NCBI GenBank assembly: GCA_964344655.1
Contig: CAYFOF010000004.1
Span: forward strand, 17,315 to 33,443
Origin: Candidatus Woesearchaeota archaeon
GTDB lineage: Archaea; Nanobdellota; Nanobdellia; SCGC-AAA011-G17; PNOQ01
Direction of reading: 5' to 3'
DNA: 16,129 bases
The position numbers and the translations under genes are program-made. Position 1 is the stretch's first letter. Each line of letters opens with the position of its first letter. The notes below the pieces were generated by a model, which was given only the letters and a program-made list of their open reading frames with translations, ran no database searches and was not told the origin of the DNA. Shown piece after piece: positions 1 to 7,120 of the stretch.

Positions 1-4
1 CTAC

Positions 5-13
5 TTTTATAAA
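5..13 (+). promoter_or_regulatory. TATA-box-like element (TTTTATAAA) upstream of rnhB; the mRNA is probably leaderless
   Basis: TTTTATAAA is centred about 26 nt upstream of the ATG at 35. There is no GGAG/GGTG SD-like sequence between it and the start. This geometry matches archaeal TATA-to-TSS spacing. Confidence 0.4.
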
Positions 14-34
14 CAAATTTAATTCTAAAAAACT

Positions 35-688
35 ATGACATTAACATTAGGTGTGGATGAAGCAGGACGTGGCCCAGTTTTAGGACCAATGGTTATGGCA
101 GGAGTTGTAGTAAATGAACAACAAGCAGAACAACTAAGAAAGATGGGAGTAAAAGATTCAAAACAAATCCCTCCTGCAATAAGAGAAGATATGTTTGAAA
201 CAATAAAAAAAATAGTAACATCTTACAAAATAGTAATTCTAGAGCCAAAAGATATAGACAAAGCATTAAATTCTCCAGATTTAAATTTAAACAAATTAGA
301 AGGGGTAACAACTGCACAAATAATTAATGAATTAAAACCAGAAAAAGCAATTTTAGATTGTCCTTCAACAAACACAAAAACATATGAAGAATTTGTAAAA
401 GAAAGAACAAAAGATAAAAACATAAAATTCATAACAGAACATAAGGCAGATGTAAATCACATAGAACCCGCAGCTGCTTCAATTCTAGCAAAAGTAACTA
501 GAGATAATGAGATAGAAAAAATAAGAAAAAAATACGGAGAAGTTGGTCCAGGTTACCCATCTAACCCAATAACAATAGCATTTCTAAAAAATAATTGGGA
601 TAAACACCCAGAATTATTCAGACAAACTTGGGAAACATACAAAAAAATAGCAAGAGCTAAATCTCAGAAAAATTTAGGAGATTTCTAA
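35..688 (+). CDS. rnhB: Ribonuclease HII (type 2 RNase H)
   Basis: 217-aa ORF. The N-terminal GVDEAGRGPVLGPMVMAGVVV matches the catalytic DEAGRG motif in the archaeal RNase HII form (GIDEAGRGPVIGPMV). The length is typical for archaeal RNase HII. Confidence 0.9.
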   Translation: MTLTLGVDEAGRGPVLGPMVMAGVVVNEQQAEQLRKMGVKDSKQIPPAIREDMFETIKKIVTSYKIVILEPKDIDKALNSPDLNLNKLEGVTTAQIINELKPEKAILDCPSTNTKTYEEFVKERTKDKNIKFITEHKADVNHIEPAAASILAKVTRDNEIEKIRKKYGEVGPGYPSNPITIAFLKNNWDKHPELFRQTWETYKKIARAKSQKNLGDF

Positions 689-964
689 TTAAACCTCTCT
701 AATCAATCCTTCTAATCTATCAATTTCTTTATTTCTTGGACTTAAAACTTTAACACTAAGATAACCATTTTGAATGTATTGTACAGTAGCATTCTCAAAT
801 TCAAAAGCCTGAAAATTCATATCAATATCTATACATCTATTTGGTCCATACAATCTTCTCATTGTGCCATTAAACTCATCAACACTTGCACGAACTTTCA
901 AACTTAAAGAACGGTCATCTCTTTCAAAGTAGTCTATCATAAATCCATCTAATATATAAGCCAT
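689..964 (-). CDS. Hypothetical 91-aa protein, no recognisable family
   Basis: A clean ATG ORF lies directly downstream of purA on the same strand. Its composition is protein-like rather than low-complexity. Its stop codon abuts the rnhB stop codon (TAATTA at 686-691). I recognise no motif. Confidence 0.5.
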   Translation of the reverse strand: MAYILDGFMIDYFERDDRSLSLKVRASVDEFNGTMRRLYGPNRCIDIDMNFQAFEFENATVQYIQNGYLSVKVLSPRNKEIDRLEGLIREV

Positions 965-968
965 CTCT

Positions 969-983
969 AAAAAAAGAAAAAAG
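969..983 (-). terminator. Oligo-T tract (TTTTTTCTTTTTTT on the minus strand) between purA and the 91-aa ORF
   Basis: The plus strand reads AAAAAAAGAAAAAAG, which gives T-runs on the coding strand 23 nt after the purA stop. This is the same T-run/C/T-run pattern seen after three other minus-strand genes. It could instead be part of a short co-transcribed spacer. Confidence 0.3.
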
Positions 984-1005
984 TAAATTTAATTTAAAAA
1001 GATTA

Positions 1006-2241
1006 TTATTCTATAACGTGCATATTTATCGGGATATACTCTTCTCTATCTGGTCCATTAGTAACCATTATAACAGGAACACCCAACAAAACCTCAATCC
1101 TTCTAATATAGTCTTTTGCATTTTCTGGGAGTTCATCAAAAGATTTACATCCTTTAGTGCTTTCCTTCCATCCAGGCATAGTTTCATACACAGGTTTACA
1201 TCTTCTTTGCATTGCAGCGTCTGCCGGATAATCATCTAATAATTCGCCATCTAAATCATAATGGGTACAAATTTTTACTTCATCTAAACCATCTAAAACA
1301 TCTAACTTAGTTAAAGCAACTCCAGATAATGCATTAACTCTAACAGCATGTCTATTCAGCACAGCATCGTACCATCCACACCTTCTTGGGCGGCCAGTTG
1401 TTGCACCATATTCATTACCTTTATCTTGAATAACTTTCATTACTTCATCATCCATTTGAGTAGTTAAAGGACTAGCACTATCTCTATCAACCCGAGTAAT
1501 ATAAACTTTAGAAACTCCAAACACTTTATCAATTCTAGTTGGACCAACCCCAGAACCAGTACATGCTCCACCTGCAGTACAATTACTGCTCGTCACAAAA
1601 GGATAATGGCCATGATCAATGTCTAATCCAGCAGCTTGTGCTCCCTCAAATAAAATATTTTTACCAGAATCAATGGCCTCATTCAAAACCTTAGAAACAT
1701 TCACAACTTGGTCTTTCAAATGAGTATGTTTCAATAAAAATTCTCTAAATTTAAACAATTTATTTCTCGTTCTAGTATCAAACTCATGTAAATCATTTTG
1801 AACATTTATTATATCCCTAACTCTCAAACCAGTTTTTGCATATTTACTAGTATAGGCTGGAGCAATCCCTTTTCCTGTACTTCCAATTTTATCATTAACA
1901 GAATCTTCAACATCTTCAGGTAAAATCAAATGTGCATTTTCACTAATCAAAAACCTATCTTTCAAACTCACTCCTTTTGCTTCTAACATATCTATCTCTT
2001 TTTGTAGTTCTTCTAAATCTAACACAACCCCATTACCCATAACACAAATATTATCATTAAAAGCACCAGAAGGAATAAAATGTAGAATTGTTGGCTCACC
2101 ATTCACAACAACAGTATGTCCAGCATTATTCCCTCCCTGGAATCTTACAACATAATCTGCATCAGCAGCTAAAAAATCAACTAATTTCCCTTTTCCTTCA
2201 TCACCATATTGCATTCCTACAACAACATTAACTTTACCCAT
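1006..2241 (-). CDS. purA: Adenylosuccinate synthetase
   Basis: 411-aa ORF carrying the hallmark AdSS motifs QYGDEGKGK (P-loop), GGNNAGHTV, GSTGKGIAPAY and TTGRPRRCGW. A long SD-like GGGGGAGAGTGATGA (2245-2259, minus strand) precedes the ATG. Confidence 0.93.
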   Translation of the reverse strand: MGKVNVVVGMQYGDEGKGKLVDFLAADADYVVRFQGGNNAGHTVVVNGEPTILHFIPSGAFNDNICVMGNGVVLDLEELQKEIDMLEAKGVSLKDRFLISENAHLILPEDVEDSVNDKIGSTGKGIAPAYTSKYAKTGLRVRDIINVQNDLHEFDTRTRNKLFKFREFLLKHTHLKDQVVNVSKVLNEAIDSGKNILFEGAQAAGLDIDHGHYPFVTSSNCTAGGACTGSGVGPTRIDKVFGVSKVYITRVDRDSASPLTTQMDDEVMKVIQDKGNEYGATTGRPRRCGWYDAVLNRHAVRVNALSGVALTKLDVLDGLDEVKICTHYDLDGELLDDYPADAAMQRRCKPVYETMPGWKESTKGCKSFDELPENAKDYIRRIEVLLGVPVIMVTNGPDREEYIPINMHVIE

Positions 2242-2354
2242 ATATCATCACTCTCCCCCAAGCATTAAGAATAAAAAATAATCAACATTTCTTTAAAAAT
2301 ACTTATATACACCACAATAGGAATTCTTATTAAACAAATTTTATTTCCATTTTT

Positions 2355-3707
2355 ATGAATAATTACGACGTAGTTATAGTTGGAGCTGGGCCATCTGGAT
2401 TATTTGCTGCAGAAAAACTTTCTCATGAAGATTACAAGGTTTTGGTAATAGATAAAAAAAAGATTCCAGGGGGAGCAGGAGCATTAACAGATGCAAAAGC
2501 AATATTCCATCCATTAGTTGGAAGAGAACTAGATGAACTAAAAATTACCGAACAAAGATCAAAGGAATTAGATGAATTCATAGAAGATTATTTTTTATCT
2601 TTAGGAATAGATCCAACAAAATTATCAGATGCAAACACTCCAGAAGGAGTAGAATTAGCAAGTAAAGCAGCAAAACACAATTTAGAATTTATTTTATCAA
2701 GAACTAGACATATTGGAACAGATAAAGCCCCAGAGATCATGAAAAGATTTAAATCGAGATTAGAAGATAATGGAGTAGATTTTTTAATGGAAACTGAAGT
2801 TTCAGAAATAGAAAACAATGGAAATTTTAGTGTTATTCTAGAAGATGGAACTAAAATTGATTCAAAATATTTAATGGTCGGTCCAGGAAGGGGAAATTCT
2901 GGTTGGTTTAGAGAACAAGCAAACAAACTTGGAATAGAATACAAACCAGGACCCGTACAAATGGGAGCGAGAATTGAACTTCCAAAAACAACAATGGACC
3001 CAGTAACAGACATTTCTTACGACACTAAATTTTATTTTAGAAGTTTAAGCCATAATGATAAAGTAAGAACATTCTGTGTAAACCCCGGAGGAAAAGTAGC
3101 CTTAGAATCTCCACAAGATAGTATAAAAATAGACGGAAAAACATACCAGCTAGTAAATGGACATTCTAAATCTGATAATGGAACATCAAATACCAATTTA
3201 GCAATTTTAGTAAGCTTACCATTAACAAAGCCAGAAACAGATCCAAAAGAGTATTTGAAAAGAGCAATAAAAAATACTTACGAAAATGGAGGGGGAAAAC
3301 CCATTGCTCAAAGGTGGGGAGATTTAAAAAGAGGGTCAAGATCAAAACCAGAAACTTTCAATAGTTACGAAAGAGGATTCGATAGGTTAATTCCAACACT
3401 AAATCCAAAAAGATTCACACCAGGAGATTTAAGTCTAGCTTATACTGAAAGGTTTTACTCTGGAATTGTAGAAATGATAGAACAACTAGATCATATTATC
3501 CCTGGATTTGGTCATCCTTCAACATTGCTATACGTACCAGAAGTGAAATTCTGCGATACAGTCTATACAACAAGAGGAGACACCCTAGAATCTTCTTTAG
3601 ATAATCTATATGTGATGGGAGACGGCGCAGGAAAATCTCGAGGAATTGTCGGAGCGGGATTAACAGGAATTTTAGCAGCAGAATCAATAATAAATAAATC
3701 TAATTAG
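2355..3707 (+). CDS. FAD-dependent oxidoreductase, COG2509-like uncharacterised dehydrogenase family
   Basis: 450 aa. It has an N-terminal Rossmann dinucleotide motif (DVVIVGAGPSGLFAAEKL). The internal TFCVNPGG and C-terminal GDGAGKSRGIVGAGLTGILAAESI resemble the FCMCPGG and GDGAGYAGGI signatures I recall for COG2509 proteins. There is no SD, and a TATA-like TTATTAAA lies about 25 nt upstream. Confidence 0.78.
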   Translation: MNNYDVVIVGAGPSGLFAAEKLSHEDYKVLVIDKKKIPGGAGALTDAKAIFHPLVGRELDELKITEQRSKELDEFIEDYFLSLGIDPTKLSDANTPEGVELASKAAKHNLEFILSRTRHIGTDKAPEIMKRFKSRLEDNGVDFLMETEVSEIENNGNFSVILEDGTKIDSKYLMVGPGRGNSGWFREQANKLGIEYKPGPVQMGARIELPKTTMDPVTDISYDTKFYFRSLSHNDKVRTFCVNPGGKVALESPQDSIKIDGKTYQLVNGHSKSDNGTSNTNLAILVSLPLTKPETDPKEYLKRAIKNTYENGGGKPIAQRWGDLKRGSRSKPETFNSYERGFDRLIPTLNPKRFTPGDLSLAYTERFYSGIVEMIEQLDHIIPGFGHPSTLLYVPEVKFCDTVYTTRGDTLESSLDNLYVMGDGAGKSRGIVGAGLTGILAAESIINKSN

Positions 3708-4206
3708 GAACAGGGTCTCCCAAAAGCAACTCACTAAGTTTATCTTTCACCCGATCCAACAAAGAATTTCTAACAACTTCAGTATCTCTTGACTTGTCCA
3801 AACCAACTATTATTGGAAATTCAGATTTATCATATTGTTTTAATATAATAGAATAGACTTCATCTCCGGATTTGAATCCTTGTTCTCTCTCAGCTCTCTC
3901 AAAAGTATATCCGCCAGTAGCATGCCACAGTGCAGGGAATTTCCCGCTTTCATCACCAACATTCCACCATTCTCCTGTACTAGTATTATTAACCCGATTC
4001 AAAAAAACATTATACATAATAGCATAATAATATCTCTCATTAAAAATTGGTAACACCCTATAAGGAGGAATATAAATCCTATCTTTATTAACCAAAAAAT
4101 CTCCAACATCTTCAGCCAGGTAAACCTCAGAAAAACAAGCAAATTTCAAAGAACTCAATAAACCTAAATTTCCTTCTTCTCGAACCAGTTCACTTAAGTT
4201 TATCAT
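3700..4206 (-). CDS. Hypothetical 168-aa soluble protein, no recognisable family
   Basis: An ATG ORF with balanced composition and no transmembrane segment. It is divergent from smc and its 3' end overlaps the convergent oxidoreductase gene by 8 nt. I recognise no motif; the single His sits in LWHATGGY. Confidence 0.55.
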   Translation of the reverse strand: MINLSELVREEGNLGLLSSLKFACFSEVYLAEDVGDFLVNKDRIYIPPYRVLPIFNERYYYAIMYNVFLNRVNNTSTGEWWNVGDESGKFPALWHATGGYTFERAEREQGFKSGDEVYSIILKQYDKSEFPIIVGLDKSRDTEVVRNSLLDRVKDKLSELLLGDPVPN

Positions 4207-4285
4207 ATATAAAGTAAAAAAGAAGATATTATAAACATAACTAATCTAACAAAAACTATTTAAATAAAAAAGAGGGAAAAACGAT

Positions 4286-7120
4286 ATGACTATAGTGACA
4301 AAATTAAGTATGAGCGGCTTCAAGTCATTTGCCAAAAAAACAGATTTAAGTTTTGGTACAGATTTTAATTGTGTTCTAGGTCCAAACGGTTCTGGAAAAT
4401 CAAATATTATGGATGCTTTATGCTTTGTTCTAGGAAAATCTTCTGCCAAATCCATGAGAGCAGAAAAATCTTCTAACTTAATTTACAATGGTGGGAAAAC
4501 TAAAAACCCATCAAAATCTGCCGAAGTTTCTATCTTCTTTGATAATTCAAAAAAAGAATTTCCAATTGAAGAAAAAGAACTAAAAGTTTCAAGAATAGTT
4601 AAACAAAACGGTCAATCTGTCTACAAACTAAATGATAAAACTATGACAAGACAACAAGTTGTAGATATTCTAAGATTAGCAAAAATAGACCCAGATGGAC
4701 ATAACATAATTCTTCAAGGAGACATCGTACATTTCATGACAATGAAACCTTTAGAACGTAGAGAATTAATTGAAGAAATTGCTGGAATATCAATATTTGA
4801 AGAAAAGAAAAATAAATCCTTATCAGAACTAGGAAAAGTAGATGAAAAATTAACAGAAGCAAATATACTTCTAACAGAAAGAGAAGCAAACTTAAGAGAA
4901 TTAAAAAAAGACAGAGATCAAGCAACAAAATATTTAGAATTAAAAAACAAAATTAAAGATAATAAAGCTACTTATTTACACGTTCAAGTTCAAGAAAAAG
5001 AAAAAAAACTAGACAAAATTTTAGGGACAATTGAACAACACAAATTAAATTACAAAAAATACAAAGAAACAATTGATACTTTAACAATTAAACTTAACGA
5101 AAAAAAAGAAGAATTAAACGAAATAAATGAAGAACTAGAAAAACGAGGAGAAAAAGATCAAATAAACATTAGAGAAAACATAACAGACATAAAAACAGAT
5201 TTCGTCAAATCTCAATCAAGATTAGAAACAATAAAAAATGAAATACAAAAAATAGAAGATAGAAAATTACAGCTAAAATCAAGTATCCAAGAAAATAATA
5301 ATAAAATACAATCATTCGTTCAAGAAAAGAAAAAAATAGAATCTAAACTTTCAAAACTGGAAAAACAACAATCTAGTATTTCTAAAAAAATCCCTTCAAA
5401 AATAGATATGAGCGTTAAAATAAATGAATTAGCTAGATTAAAATCAAAACTTGGATCTTCCGAAGGATCTTCAAATTCAGCAATAGATTCTATTCAAAAT
5501 ATTTCAGGAGTGCATGGCACAATTTCAGAATTAGGGAAGGTTTCTTCAAAATATAGTATGGCCTTAGAAGTAACTGCCGGAGCAAAAATGAGAAGTATAG
5601 TTACAAAAGATGATTCAGTTGCAGAAGAATGCATAAGAACATTAAAACAAAATAAAACAGGCGTAGCAACATTTTTACCTTTAAACAGAATACAACCAAG
5701 ACTACTTCATCCAACCCTAAAAGATTTAGCAAAGAAAGAAGGAGTACATGGAACTGCTCTAGATTTAATCAAATTCAATTCAAAATATAAATCAGCATTC
5801 GAAAATATTTTCGGAAACACACTAATTGTTAATGATATAAAAATAGCAAGAAGATTAGGTATAGGAAGAGTACGTATGGTAACCCTAGAGGGGGATTTAA
5901 TTGAAAAAAGCGGAGCAATGATTGGTGGATCCAGAGAAAAAACAAGAATAGGATTCAAACAAGACAATGTAGAAGATGAAATACTAAAATTAGAAAGAGA
6001 AATAGAATCTGCTCAAAAACCTTCTATGTTAAGCGAACAAAAAACAGAATTAATGACAAAAGAATTTGAATTAAAAGCATCCCTATCAAATTTCGATAAT
6101 AAAATAGAATATCTAAGTAATGAAAATGAAAACACATACAAAATCATGTCAGACTTAGACAAAGAAACTCTTGAATTTAAACAAGAACTAGATGACATAC
6201 AAAGTGTAATGAAATTAAAAACTGTAAATCTAAAAGATGGAGAAAAGAAAGAAAAAGAATTCTTCGCAAAACAAAAAGCTCTATTCTCAAAAAGAAATAA
6301 AATAACGGAAGAAGTAGATAAACAAAATATAAAAATCTCAGAACAAAATGAAAAAGTAAGAATAGTTGAAAATAAAATAAATACAATTGCAATAGAAAAA
6401 GCAAGTATAATCGCAGCCATTGAAGCATTGAAAAAAGAATCTGAAGAATTCAAAGAAGGAAAAATAAAGAAAAACGCAAACATTGAAGTTCTAAAGAAAG
6501 AAATTAGAGAATTTGAAGTTCTGATGATAAGATTAGGAAACGTAAATATGAAAGCTTTAGAAATTTATGATCAATTAGCAGAAGAACATGCTAAATTAGT
6601 TGATAAAACAGATAAGCTAAGATTAGAAAAAGACGACATTATGGCCATGATAATGGAGATAGAACAAGATAAAACAAAAGTCTTCATGAAAACCTACACA
6701 CACTTAAATAATCGATTTAAAGAGATATTTAATAGCTTATCAACAAAAGGAGAAGCTTCACTAATGTTAGAAAATCCCGAAGCTCCATTAGATGCTGGTT
6801 TAGACATAACAGTAAGAATTGCTTCAAGAAAATACTTAGACATAAGAAGCTTATCTGGCGGAGAAAAAACAATGGCTGCACTAGCGTTTATCTTCGCAAT
6901 ACAAGAGTATAGACCTGCTTCTTTCTACATACTAGATGAAGTAGATGCAGCCTTAGATAAACATAATTCTGAAAAACTTGGAAAACTATTCTCCAAATAT
7001 TCTTCCAACGCTCAATATATTGTTATTTCTCACAACGATTCTATAATCTCAGAAGCATCACAAATATACGGTGTATCAATGCAAGAAGGAATTTCTAAAA
7101 TAACTAGTTTAAGATTATAA
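4286..7120 (+). CDS. smc: SMC chromosome segregation ATPase with short coiled-coil arms
   Basis: Recognisable elements:
- Walker A (GPNGSGKSN) near the N-terminus;
- Q-loop (IILQGD);
- central hinge starting near residue 405 (ISGVHGTISELG ... FLPLNRI ... SGAMIGGS);
- signature motif (LSGGEKTMAALAFIFA);
- Walker B (FYILDEVDAALD).
K/E-rich heptad-like arms lie between these elements. The total is 944 aa. Confidence 0.9.
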   Translation: MTIVTKLSMSGFKSFAKKTDLSFGTDFNCVLGPNGSGKSNIMDALCFVLGKSSAKSMRAEKSSNLIYNGGKTKNPSKSAEVSIFFDNSKKEFPIEEKELKVSRIVKQNGQSVYKLNDKTMTRQQVVDILRLAKIDPDGHNIILQGDIVHFMTMKPLERRELIEEIAGISIFEEKKNKSLSELGKVDEKLTEANILLTEREANLRELKKDRDQATKYLELKNKIKDNKATYLHVQVQEKEKKLDKILGTIEQHKLNYKKYKETIDTLTIKLNEKKEELNEINEELEKRGEKDQINIRENITDIKTDFVKSQSRLETIKNEIQKIEDRKLQLKSSIQENNNKIQSFVQEKKKIESKLSKLEKQQSSISKKIPSKIDMSVKINELARLKSKLGSSEGSSNSAIDSIQNISGVHGTISELGKVSSKYSMALEVTAGAKMRSIVTKDDSVAEECIRTLKQNKTGVATFLPLNRIQPRLLHPTLKDLAKKEGVHGTALDLIKFNSKYKSAFENIFGNTLIVNDIKIARRLGIGRVRMVTLEGDLIEKSGAMIGGSREKTRIGFKQDNVEDEILKLEREIESAQKPSMLSEQKTELMTKEFELKASLSNFDNKIEYLSNENENTYKIMSDLDKETLEFKQELDDIQSVMKLKTVNLKDGEKKEKEFFAKQKALFSKRNKITEEVDKQNIKISEQNEKVRIVENKINTIAIEKASIIAAIEALKKESEEFKEGKIKKNANIEVLKKEIREFEVLMIRLGNVNMKALEIYDQLAEEHAKLVDKTDKLRLEKDDIMAMIMEIEQDKTKVFMKTYTHLNNRFKEIFNSLSTKGEASLMLENPEAPLDAGLDITVRIASRKYLDIRSLSGGEKTMAALAFIFAIQEYRPASFYILDEVDAALDKHNSEKLGKLFSKYSSNAQYIVISHNDSIISEASQIYGVSMQEGISKITSLRL

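Noticed and set aside
689-964. The 91-aa ORF has a C-terminal ATVQYIQNGYLSVKVLSPRN that faintly recalls the NGVLxIxLPK strand of small heat-shock (alpha-crystallin) domains.
   Set aside because: It is too short for an alpha-crystallin domain, and the rest of the sequence shows none of the expected strands. The resemblance rests on 4-5 residues only.
1006-2241. At 411 aa, purA is closer to the long bacterial/eukaryotic-type enzymes than to the roughly 340-aa short form I recall from several thermophilic archaea. This hints at horizontal acquisition.
   Set aside because: Long-form AdSS also occurs in other archaea as far as I recall. Composition and SD usage look native. Only a phylogeny could decide, so I am not reporting this as a finding.
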